This document shows, piece by piece, positions 45,101 through 53,374 of a stretch of DNA of 53,374 nt. The stretch lies in IMG/VR virus record IMGVR_UViG_3300025296_003000, positions 1-53,374 of that record. One strand, written 5' to 3'. The stretch is from a virus. Lineage: Duplodnaviria > Caudoviricetes. Position numbers and translations under genes: made by a program. How positions within the stretch are numbered: the first letter of the stretch is position 1; each line of letters starts with the position of its first letter. Under the pieces are notes generated by a model. It saw only the letters and a program-made list of their open reading frames with translations. It was not told the origin of the DNA and did no database searches.

Positions 45101-48100
45101 GACGCAGAGCGTGATGACTTCCGCCTCTCCGGATCAAAAGCACCCGCCGATACCGCAAATTCGTATGGCCAGAACGATATGTTCACGGCTACGCGAGGCA
45201 GCCAGAAAGCGCAAAAAGCGGTGGTCGTTACTCCCTCCGAAGGCTGGACCGATAGCCTTCAGGAAACCCGGAAGCTGGCGAATCAGTTGATCGAGGCCGG
45301 AGTCCTTACACGCTCTGAATTGGATCCAATCTGGGGAGAGAAAGGGCCGCTTGCCGCCCGCACCCTAAAGGCACTGCAGGACTACCGGAAGGCTGAAAAC
45401 AAAACGCCGGGTGATGCCGTGGCTGCAGCCGCAGCAGAAGTCGATACCGATCCGACCGAGGCCCAGAAAGAAGCTGGCAACTATCGCAAAGGGCACGTCA
45501 GCATCCAGGGGCTCAATATCAGCATCGAGAATCCGCGCGGATCCACTCGGTCCGGCACTGACCCCCAGGGCAAGCGCTGGGAAAATACCATGGCGCACCA
45601 CTATGGCTACATCAAGCGCACCGAAGGCGCCGATGGTGAGCAGGTGGACGTGTTCATCGGCGAAACCCCAGATAGCGAGCAGGTTTTTGTCATCGACCAG
45701 ATCAATCCTGACAATACGTTCGATGAACACAAGGTCATGATTGGTTTTGAGTCGCAGGCGGATGCTGTTGCAGGGTACAAGTCAAACTACAGCCGAGGCT
45801 GGAAGGTGGGCCCAGTGTCCTCAATCACCATGGCTGAATTCAAAGCCTGGCTCGCAGATGGTAACAACGCAAAGCCATTTAGCAACAAGGTGATCGCTAA
45901 GAATAAGCGGCCGGAAAAGCCGAAGAAAGCACCCCAGCCAGCGGCCTCACAAGAGGCCGTTTCTGTTTCTGAGGAACCAAAATCAGCCGTTGATCAGCAC
46001 CTGGCGTTCGTCGGAAAGATGAGTGATGGGGAAGTCACACAGAAAGAGTACATCGAAGCGTTTGATAGCCTTGTCGCCGCCCGGGAAACGGTAATCAATG
46101 AGCTGTCCAGCAAAACCAAGGATGTACTGCTCAAAATGCTCCCGCCGATGAAGGCTATTCGCTATAAGTCTGAGAAAAAAGACTCAGTGGTTACGTCCAC
46201 TTATACGGATATGCTTGATGATTTTATGCCACCCACATCAAAGGGCGGCATGTTCAGCTACACGCCAAAGTTCGGCGGCGATTACATCCAGAACCACATT
46301 GATGCCATACGTCCAAAAATTGAGCAGGTGACTCAGCAAGACCTGGACGACTATGCCAAACGGGTTTCAGATGCCCGGCAGAAGCGCGCAAAGGCGAAGC
46401 GTGAGGCACTGGCCGGCATGGAGAATCCTCAGACCCTTGATGACTTTGTGAACATCATCAGGCACAAAAATCAGGAAGAGGGGATGAGCATTAAGGATGC
46501 AAGGCTCAGCCTCACGCCAGATCAACGGGCTCGTTTTGATGAGCTGTACGCCCAGCACAATCGCAGCCAGCGAAACTACCGTACAGATCAGGCGCGCACA
46601 GCAGTGCCGGAAAATACCGTAAAGACCGGTGCCGAAATCATCGCAACCAAGCATACCCGCGACAACTACGACTTGTTTGTTGTCCAGGCAGCCGACAGGG
46701 TTGCACGTGAAACATACCTGCAGTGGCTATCGGCCGCCAAAAAGCTCGGTGGTTGGTACTCAAAATTCAAAGGCAATGGCGCCGTACCTGGCTTCCAGTT
46801 CAAAACGCGAGAAGCGGCTGAAGCGTTCCAGCAATATGTCAGCGAAGGCGATTCCGCCTCAATCCGCGATCAGGCCCAAGTGAAGCGCGATGCCCTCAAG
46901 GACGACCGTAGCCAGAGCGCGGTGCAGCGACTCCGTGAAATGGGTGGAAATCTCAATGCGCGCGCTGAAGCGGCATTGAATCAGGACAGGAAAACCAACA
47001 CAGCGCGTAGAGCTGGCATGGCAGCCAGGGCTGAGCGAGCAGCAGAAGCTGACAAAGCAACCGCTGCAACCATGCTCAAAATTGCCGATGCTATCGAAGC
47101 TGGCGAGGCTCAGTTCCTGGATAGTGTCAGAACGAAAGCCCAGGTCGACATGCTGGAAACCATGATCAGCGTCGCTCACTCTGAGCAGATGCGCCAGAAG
47201 TATCCAAGCTATTCTGAGCGCGAAAAGCACAACGATGAGCGGCCTGATATTGAGACGGCCGATTTTGCCGAATATCCGTCTTTCACATTGTACCGCTCAG
47301 ATTGGGCAAAGCTCGGCCGCCAGCTTTCTGAGACTGAAGGCGGTAAAACTCTCGGCAAGAAAATACTGAGTGTTGCCGACGATGTGACAAAAGCCTATCT
47401 CAAGTTTGCCAATGACAACCTCACTGACGTGACCGCTTTCCGCAAGGCAGACGGATCACTGCCGGCATTCAAGTCGAAGGCAGACGCTGAAGAATCAATA
47501 CGCAGATCCGGATACCGCGGCAAGGCTATTGTCCTCCCGGTGAAGCGCGGCGAAAACTTGATCGTGCTGAGCCCGTCTGAAGCGCAAAAGCGCGGTATTT
47601 GGGCCGGTGACAATGATGCCCGCATAACTCTTCGCAGGGAATTCGTTGACGAGATACTTGGGAAGATGCGCCAAAAGGGTATAGACGTGCCCTGGCAGCT
47701 GGAAACAGCAAACGAAAAGCTGAAGCGCCTTTCCTCAATGGGTATCGAGTCAGCTCCAGAATTCAGAGCTGCGCTGCGTGAGTTCATTGCGCTGCAGGAA
47801 GTCCCGAAGGCTCCGGACAGGATCAAGGAAATGGAACGGGCGATGATCGGCCGCAAGAAGGACGGCCTTGATTTCTTCCCGACACCCGCGTCAATTGCCG
47901 ACGAAATGGTAGAGACGGCCGGAATTGAGGATGGAATGACTGTGCTTGAGCCATCGGCGGGCATGGGTCATATCGCTGAACGCATCCGTGAGGCAGGCGT
48001 AGAACCTGATGTGGTCGAGTTTTCTGCAGACCGGCGCGAGTTGCTGGAGGCCAAAGGATTCAATGTCGTTGGCAATGACTTCCTTGAAGTCGACGGAAAA

Positions 48101-51100
48101 TACGATCGGATCATCATGAATCCGCCATTCAGCAATCGAAGGGACGCGGAACACGTTAAACACGCTTACAGCCTGCTCAATCCTGGCGGCAAGATCGTTG
48201 CCATCATGGGTGAGGGCGTTTTCTTTGGAAGTGACAAGACGGCCAACGAGTTCCGTGGCTGGCTTGAGAGCGTAGGTGGCACAGACGAGAAACTTCCAGA
48301 GGGCGCATTCATGGATGCGAGCCTGCCAGTGAATACTGGCGTCAATGCCCGCATGGTTGTGATCGAAAAGTCAGAATCACAGGAAGATGTGCGCTTCTCC
48401 CGTTCCCCCAGCCCAGAAACTCAGGCGTTTAAGCGCTGGTTTGCTGACAGCAAGGTGGTAGACGCCCAGGGCAATCCACTTGTGGTTTACCACGGATCTC
48501 CTGATGCCAGATTCGTTAATCAAGATGGCATTTTCAAGGGAGAATTTGAACGGTACGGAATGGGCGAGAAGGGCGGCGCTTTCTGGTTCGCCAAAGATCG
48601 TGCGACAGCCGCAACCTATGCGGATGACCGCAGAGCATTCGACTACCAGAATGCTGAGGCTGGCGTCGTATCGGCGTACTTGAGCCTGCAAAACCCATTG
48701 GTAATTGACGGCCTCGGCAAGACATGGAGAGAAGCCCAGCAGCGCGGGAAAACGAGCGATGTAATTCAGCAAGCCAGGGAAGAAGGGCATGATGGCGTCA
48801 TTATCAAAAACGTGCTGGACAACTACAGCAATTTTGAAGGCAACAGAAAAGGCAGGACAACCGACACATACGTGGTTTTCAGCTCGACCCAGATCAAGTC
48901 AGTAGATAATTCTGGCGCCTTTGATCCAGAGAATCCTGATATTCGGATGTCTCGCACCAGCGATGGCGTCTCAATCCCGGCCACTAAAGCCAAAGCCCTT
49001 GTTTCTGCCATCACCAGCCGCTTCCAGAACGCCCCTGACGTGATTGTCGTCCAGTCCATGCAAGACCAGCAGGTGCCAGAGGCTGTGCGCCGTGAGGATG
49101 CCAAGCAGCGATCGCAGGGCGCTTCGGGAGACCCGGAAGGCTTCTACTACCAGGGCAAGGCTTACATTGTGCTGGACGGCCTGACAAAGCGTTCAGGCGA
49201 ATCAGATGCCGAGGCGCTATTCCGTGTATTCGCCCATGAGGTGCTGGGGCATGCAGGCCTGCGCGGGCTGTTCCGCTCGGATCTGGCCAAAGTGCTGAAC
49301 GAGGTAGCCATAAAGCGCCGTGATGACATGCGCCGCAAGGCCAATGAGTATGGTCTCAAGCTGTCCGATCAGAACGACCGGATGATTGCGGCCGAAGAGA
49401 TATTGGCTGAAATGGCTCAGACCAATCCGACAAATAGCCTTGTGGTTCGAGCTGTTGAGGCCATCCGTCAGGCGCTTCGCAAACTGTTTTCGTTGCTGCC
49501 GCGCAGCGTTCAGGATTCTCTTGGCAACAACGCGTTTGCCGATTGGATTACTGGCATGAGTGATGCCGAGATTATCAATCGATTTATTGTCCCCGCGCGT
49601 GAGTATATCCGTGGTGGCCAGGCGGATCCGGCCAGCGACGCAGTTCCTGCGTTCCAGCGCGCATACCATGGCACTCCGTATCGATTCGATCGATTCAGCC
49701 TGGACGCCATTGGAACCGGAGAAGGGGCACAGGCCTACGGCTGGGGGCTCTATTTTGCTGGTAAACGCGAAGTCGCTGAGTTTTACCGGGATATGGTTGT
49801 AGGCAACAACAACGACCTTTTCGATCACTATGATCAGCTTTCACCAGAGGCACTGGCCGTCTACGATGAATATTCTGCGCGTCTGGAAGATGACCCGGAC
49901 CTGGCCAACGAATTCCGCGAAAAAATGGAGGAAGTTGGGTACACGTTTGATACCAATATGTATGGGGAGCCGACTGGCCTGCGAAAAATAGGCGACGGCA
50001 ACGTATATCAGGCTGACATTCCGGACGATTCTGAGTTGCTGGATTGGGATAAACCGCTCAATGAGCAATCAGAGACGGTCCGCGAGCGACTTGGCCTGAA
50101 CGATGATGCCGCCGATTTCTTCAAATGGTACGAGGAAAGCGTAGTTTCCAAAGTCGGAAATGATTATCGCTGGGACAATTTGACCACGACACAAAGACTT
50201 AAACAGGTTGCTCGCTTCGAGAAAGAAACGGGGAACAAAGCGCCTCGATCAATCACTCTGCTTCAACCGGGGAAGGTTACTGGCGAAGATTTCTATTTGA
50301 ACTTAGCTCTTGATGATGAAGTAGGTGGCTCATATCGTGACGCATCCCTGTATCTGGACTCACTTGGCATCCCAGGGCTCAGGTATTTGGACGGAGATAG
50401 CCGATACTCTTCCGGAGGCGAGATAATCGCCATTTGGCAGGGGGACCAGAAAAACATCGCGGATAAACCAACAGGCAAATGGTTCGCAAGAGTTCGCCGC
50501 GATTCTGACGGATCCAAGACCAGTATGCCGCTGTCCTCAAAGGCCGAGGCTGAAGCATGGGCCAATAATGAAATCAATGGTGGAAGCTATAACTACGTCA
50601 TCTGGGACGAAAGCCGGGTAACAGTTGAAGCTGTGAACGATGAGCTTCTGCAGGCTGAGGCCGCTGCTTCTGATGACACTGCTGCCTTTAGTCGCGCCGC
50701 CACCATGGACCTGCCCAGGGCTGAGCGCCAGTCTGAGTGGGCCCAAGAGAATCGCCGGCTGCGCGAACAGGACACAGCGCTATGGCAGAAAGCCAAGACC
50801 CTGCTGCGTAAATACTTTGCCCCAGGCGGGCTGCTTCCTGAGTCAGTATTCAACGAGAAAATCGCGCGGGACGGTAAGCTGGGTGTTGTCGAAATTACGG
50901 TTCAGGATCTGGTCCGTTCGCTCGAAGATGCCATCCAGAAGGACTACGGGCTGAAGGCCAACCGGATGACCGAAAACCAGATGCGCAAGATATCTGATGC
51001 GCTGGCCGGCAAGGTTACCGATCAGATCCGCGACAACACGCGCACCGCGATCGTTGCGATGCGTCAGTACATGGATCACTTGTCAGGCCAGTATGCTCAA

Positions 51101-53374
51101 ATGCTCTGGCAACAGGTTCAGGACATGCAGGCCCAAGGCGTGAGCGATGATGTGCTGGCGGCCAAGGTGGACTTGTTGAATACGATCATGACCAATCAGG
51201 GCGAGTATGTTCATCGTTCATATCAGGTATTTGACGACCCCGATTGGTACAAGAATGTCGATGAGTCAGTGGTCGACAATGCCCGCCAATATCTGATTCG
51301 ACGCTATCAGGAGGCCAACCCCGGCGCCCGACGATCTGACGCTCAAGCGCGAGCTGAGGTTATTCTCAGCGACATTCTGAAGAACGATACCGCGTATGAC
51401 TCCATGGAGTCGTTCATCAAGGAATCGAAGCTGGGTGCCAAGGATCTGAGCATCCTCAAACGACGCAAGGATATAGCGCCTGAGATCCGGGCACTGATGG
51501 GCGAGTATATCGACCCGCGCATCAACTTCGCCAAGTCTGCTACGAAAATGGGACGGCTGATCTTCAATCAGAAGTTTCTGGATAAGGTGCGCGAGCAGGG
51601 CATGGGAGTATTCCTGTTTAACGAGGCAACCCGACCGCCAGGCACCGAGCAAATCGCTGCAGACGGATCTGAAGTGTATGCCCCGCTGAATGGGCTCTAC
51701 ACGTACAAAGAAGTCGCTCAGGCAATGAAGGACGCGCTTGGCCGTGAGCAAATGTCTGGATGGTACAAGGCAATTGTTCAGGTCAACGGCATGGTGAAGG
51801 GTGGTAAAACGATCCTGTCACCAACCACGTCAGCGCGTAACTTCCAGTCAGCGATGTTCTTTTCGATCGCCAATGGCCATTTTGATCTGACCCAGGCTCG
51901 AAAGTCGCTGGCCTTGATCAACAAGTTCAGCAATCAGGAAAAGCTGGCCTACGTGAAGAAAATGAAGGAGCTGGGCGTTATTTATGACAACCCATACGCC
52001 GAGGAAATGATGGATCTGCTGCGCGAAAGCCGGGCAGATTCATTCTTCAGCGACAACAGGACCGCCGAGGCCATTCGCGCATCATGGGAGTTTGCGCGCG
52101 ACGTGTACTCGTTTGGTGACGACTTCTGGAAGGTGATCGGTTTTGAGAACGAGAAAGCCATGCTCCTGAAGCACACCAGAATGACTGTTGAGCAGGCTGA
52201 GGCGGCCGCTGCTGACCGTATCCGCAACAACTACCCGACATACTCGATGGTCGGTAAAGCGATCCAGTGGCTGCGACGCTTCCCGCTGGTGGGCACGTTC
52301 GTCAGCTTCCCGGCCGAAATCATCCGCACCACGTTCAATATGGTTAAAACGGTTCGACAAGACTGGAATACGCCGGGCATGCGGCCAATTGCAGCCCGCC
52401 GAGCGCTTGGCATGAGCATGGTGGCTGGCTTCGCGTATGCTGCCCAGGAAATCGCCAAGGCCATGTTCGATGTGGATGACGATGATGAAGAGGCTATCCG
52501 CATTCAGGCCGCACCCTGGCAGCGCAACTCCAATATCGTGGTTACCGGGCGTGATGATGATGGAAACTTGAGATACGTGGATATCAGCTTCCTCGACCCG
52601 TACAACTACTTTAAGCGGCCAATCACGGCGATCATGCGCGACCAGCCGCTTCAGGATTCGCTGGTATCCGCTGCCGCCGATATGCTGTCACCATTTTTCG
52701 GCACTGACATTGCTGCCGGCGCATTGATGGAAATCTATGCCAACAAAACCTCGACCGGCGCCGCGGTATTCAAGGTGAGTGATTCAGTCGATCAACAGCT
52801 GATGGATATTGCGGATCACCTTCGTAAAGCTGTCCAGCCTGGCATTGCATCGAACCTTGAGCGCACCTACAAAGCGATGAGTGGGGAGCGATCGCCGAGC
52901 GGCCGTCAGTACAACATGGTCGATGAGGGGCTTGGATGGGTAGGCTGGCGAGTTTCTACTCTGGATCCAAAGTCGGCGCTTTACTATCGCTCGTTTGAGT
53001 TTGCAGATGCGAAGGCAGAGGCGACCCAGACGCTATCGCGTGTACTCAATGATCCGAATCGGGTTACTGATCAGGAAATTGCCAACGCATACCAGCGATC
53101 GATGAGAATGCGTCAGCAGGCCTACGACAACATGATCAAACTGATAAACGCCAGCCGTAAGAGCGGGCTCAGCGATCAGGACATTCGCGACGTTCTGAGG
53201 GCCAGCTCGGTATCGAATGCGGACGCCTTCAATCTGCTACTCGGCAGAATGACGCCATGGCAGCCGACACGACAAGCGGAAGCCTATGCGTATCGGCGGG
53301 CCCAGGCGCTGATTGGTGTGGAGCAGGCTGAAATCATCCGAGGCCGATACCAGCAGGCAAGGACACTCAACTGA
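42182..53374 (+). CDS. Giant polyvalent (probably injected) protein, 3730 aa
   Basis: Gly/Ala hydrophobic N-term; iPPase-like domain (EAGNY.KGH, HYGYI..T.G.DG..VDVFIG, FDEHKVM.GF) ~45458-45880; N6A MTase (FFPTP, LEPSAG.G, MNPPF) ~47870-48370; ART-like (FK.WF..SK.VD..G.PLVVYHGS, GHDGVI, QIKS) ~48410-48955; zincin HEVLGH 49235-52; second ART-like (YHGTP..FD.F....IGTGEGAQAYGWGLYF) ~49661-50630. Confidence 0.9.
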   Translation: MANRFSKYVAPTENEPQSNSNRFAKYLPQQQPVREESQGRGITGVAKDLGVSAAGGAANVVKAAGDIYGVVTGDYDNAASRAGTAGREYFNERKSPELQALEQARQEKIEAAETELGKAGVALWETIKSPSLWSSFLAEQAPMLLPVGAAGRATGSVAGRIASNQIAGRAAARGMSEEATERAVNRFAGQTASRAGTAGAVATGAAMHGSESGSSTYDELLDLPDEIWQENDDLQRLMADGLPFEDAKVALAERYSRQAAFGAGAVSVLTNMLPGARILESRLAGNRLTGSTTGNVVRGFLGETAQEGLEEGTGTVSTNLAVGNVDPDREWQEGVGEAVGMGAAAGPFGAVAGATNRRPQPAPSAIRVQNNPEPEPSEEVDSQPDSPNQDGSIDMITPAEYDPAPDMIEPAPYRPLRAVMNPQEQEAFDLLERERQEQMERDYEAALQQRSEQEITRANEETAKQEIIQRYTPEAAPTNPAMANALLGAYIRNTPTAIDTGETDIEASNNEFQQRSNQSAVRPAPSTPDPAVDRAPMDPRIQRLQAIRKEYESAYDRGSLNDTLAAVEKANAEIDAFAKESVEAGTAPFYRSTAGDMYFSVTPSTRQPGKYQITTFNDTGALGDTVVNSLDEVHKEINGAHADPVPAAEAEQIMARLAKAEAEYQQRRAAFEQAQQAPAAETAPQPARALIAADQADIERRAVEAERQAKLAKRRRVDTENDTIVRAAIKLGGIKPQWKEDITGDTKGNTNVPGVGFLFTDRGTSIDDMATKLHEAGYIPDSEMQNLGGVPWLNERLGNELAGRGKTYSLSSSKAVDEILAARDEQMEIEREMLASQREAEYAAIEAEYGPEAAELARQYDEDMDNINEDLSSEADYYEQQLQQREETAQARLDESLTDAEAAARDEQLRQADDQESRQPAEAGRRAQAAPEPDQLTLVQQSESERAQAESQTKARQQAEDQKRAQDRAKAEADAERDDFRLSGSKAPADTANSYGQNDMFTATRGSQKAQKAVVVTPSEGWTDSLQETRKLANQLIEAGVLTRSELDPIWGEKGPLAARTLKALQDYRKAENKTPGDAVAAAAAEVDTDPTEAQKEAGNYRKGHVSIQGLNISIENPRGSTRSGTDPQGKRWENTMAHHYGYIKRTEGADGEQVDVFIGETPDSEQVFVIDQINPDNTFDEHKVMIGFESQADAVAGYKSNYSRGWKVGPVSSITMAEFKAWLADGNNAKPFSNKVIAKNKRPEKPKKAPQPAASQEAVSVSEEPKSAVDQHLAFVGKMSDGEVTQKEYIEAFDSLVAARETVINELSSKTKDVLLKMLPPMKAIRYKSEKKDSVVTSTYTDMLDDFMPPTSKGGMFSYTPKFGGDYIQNHIDAIRPKIEQVTQQDLDDYAKRVSDARQKRAKAKREALAGMENPQTLDDFVNIIRHKNQEEGMSIKDARLSLTPDQRARFDELYAQHNRSQRNYRTDQARTAVPENTVKTGAEIIATKHTRDNYDLFVVQAADRVARETYLQWLSAAKKLGGWYSKFKGNGAVPGFQFKTREAAEAFQQYVSEGDSASIRDQAQVKRDALKDDRSQSAVQRLREMGGNLNARAEAALNQDRKTNTARRAGMAARAERAAEADKATAATMLKIADAIEAGEAQFLDSVRTKAQVDMLETMISVAHSEQMRQKYPSYSEREKHNDERPDIETADFAEYPSFTLYRSDWAKLGRQLSETEGGKTLGKKILSVADDVTKAYLKFANDNLTDVTAFRKADGSLPAFKSKADAEESIRRSGYRGKAIVLPVKRGENLIVLSPSEAQKRGIWAGDNDARITLRREFVDEILGKMRQKGIDVPWQLETANEKLKRLSSMGIESAPEFRAALREFIALQEVPKAPDRIKEMERAMIGRKKDGLDFFPTPASIADEMVETAGIEDGMTVLEPSAGMGHIAERIREAGVEPDVVEFSADRRELLEAKGFNVVGNDFLEVDGKYDRIIMNPPFSNRRDAEHVKHAYSLLNPGGKIVAIMGEGVFFGSDKTANEFRGWLESVGGTDEKLPEGAFMDASLPVNTGVNARMVVIEKSESQEDVRFSRSPSPETQAFKRWFADSKVVDAQGNPLVVYHGSPDARFVNQDGIFKGEFERYGMGEKGGAFWFAKDRATAATYADDRRAFDYQNAEAGVVSAYLSLQNPLVIDGLGKTWREAQQRGKTSDVIQQAREEGHDGVIIKNVLDNYSNFEGNRKGRTTDTYVVFSSTQIKSVDNSGAFDPENPDIRMSRTSDGVSIPATKAKALVSAITSRFQNAPDVIVVQSMQDQQVPEAVRREDAKQRSQGASGDPEGFYYQGKAYIVLDGLTKRSGESDAEALFRVFAHEVLGHAGLRGLFRSDLAKVLNEVAIKRRDDMRRKANEYGLKLSDQNDRMIAAEEILAEMAQTNPTNSLVVRAVEAIRQALRKLFSLLPRSVQDSLGNNAFADWITGMSDAEIINRFIVPAREYIRGGQADPASDAVPAFQRAYHGTPYRFDRFSLDAIGTGEGAQAYGWGLYFAGKREVAEFYRDMVVGNNNDLFDHYDQLSPEALAVYDEYSARLEDDPDLANEFREKMEEVGYTFDTNMYGEPTGLRKIGDGNVYQADIPDDSELLDWDKPLNEQSETVRERLGLNDDAADFFKWYEESVVSKVGNDYRWDNLTTTQRLKQVARFEKETGNKAPRSITLLQPGKVTGEDFYLNLALDDEVGGSYRDASLYLDSLGIPGLRYLDGDSRYSSGGEIIAIWQGDQKNIADKPTGKWFARVRRDSDGSKTSMPLSSKAEAEAWANNEINGGSYNYVIWDESRVTVEAVNDELLQAEAAASDDTAAFSRAATMDLPRAERQSEWAQENRRLREQDTALWQKAKTLLRKYFAPGGLLPESVFNEKIARDGKLGVVEITVQDLVRSLEDAIQKDYGLKANRMTENQMRKISDALAGKVTDQIRDNTRTAIVAMRQYMDHLSGQYAQMLWQQVQDMQAQGVSDDVLAAKVDLLNTIMTNQGEYVHRSYQVFDDPDWYKNVDESVVDNARQYLIRRYQEANPGARRSDAQARAEVILSDILKNDTAYDSMESFIKESKLGAKDLSILKRRKDIAPEIRALMGEYIDPRINFAKSATKMGRLIFNQKFLDKVREQGMGVFLFNEATRPPGTEQIAADGSEVYAPLNGLYTYKEVAQAMKDALGREQMSGWYKAIVQVNGMVKGGKTILSPTTSARNFQSAMFFSIANGHFDLTQARKSLALINKFSNQEKLAYVKKMKELGVIYDNPYAEEMMDLLRESRADSFFSDNRTAEAIRASWEFARDVYSFGDDFWKVIGFENEKAMLLKHTRMTVEQAEAAAADRIRNNYPTYSMVGKAIQWLRRFPLVGTFVSFPAEIIRTTFNMVKTVRQDWNTPGMRPIAARRALGMSMVAGFAYAAQEIAKAMFDVDDDDEEAIRIQAAPWQRNSNIVVTGRDDDGNLRYVDISFLDPYNYFKRPITAIMRDQPLQDSLVSAAADMLSPFFGTDIAAGALMEIYANKTSTGAAVFKVSDSVDQQLMDIADHLRKAVQPGIASNLERTYKAMSGERSPSGRQYNMVDEGLGWVGWRVSTLDPKSALYYRSFEFADAKAEATQTLSRVLNDPNRVTDQEIANAYQRSMRMRQQAYDNMIKLINASRKSGLSDQDIRDVLRASSVSNADAFNLLLGRMTPWQPTRQAEAYAYRRAQALIGVEQAEIIRGRYQQARTLN

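Larger units (their letters stand above)
1..53374. mobile_element. Temperate short-tailed prophage (near-complete; att sites not in window)
   Basis: Lambdoid gene order int-xis-recombination-cI/cro-O/P-nin-Q-lysis-terS/terL-portal-scaffold-capsid-tail-ejection proteins; no tape measure, sheath or major tail tube gene recognised. Confidence 0.95.

Noticed and set aside
50700-53374. Virion RNA polymerase within the giant protein
   Set aside because: No DxDGD or single-subunit polymerase motifs recognised; needs structure prediction to exclude fully

Overview
The window is almost all of a temperate, short-tailed (podovirus-type) prophage, probably from a gammaproteobacterial host (inferred from sigma70 promoters, a lambda-type Int/Xis and CI/Cro). 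It starts at the integrase stop codon and ends at the stop of a 3730-aa gene, so the att sites are outside the window. The left arm (minus strand) holds int, xis, an accessory cluster (ASCH, Ea22-like modular proteins, MazG-like, a lone sigma70 region 4, YfdQ/YfdP, DUF3268), and the YqaJ/RecT recombination pair. The immunity region has CI/Cro, six ATTAGG-N4-CCTAAT operators and clear PL/PR promoters. The right arm (plus strand) holds CII-like, TraR-like, O/P replication, a DNA methyltransferase, nin genes including a mini-kinase, a Q-like gene and a GIY-YIG gene. Next come a lysis cassette with a class-3 lipase, an initiator-type tRNA-Met in frame with terS, head and tail genes, ejection proteins and a giant polyvalent protein. 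The best candidate for a new system is a 90-aa antisense lipoprotein wedged between the ejection genes. Its C-terminus carries the peptide NRFAKYL, which also opens the neighbouring giant protein (one exact and one near copy), with 6 of 7 codons synonymously different. This suggests superinfection exclusion by mimicry of an ejection-protein docking motif. All family calls come from motif recognition by eye; no database searches were run.
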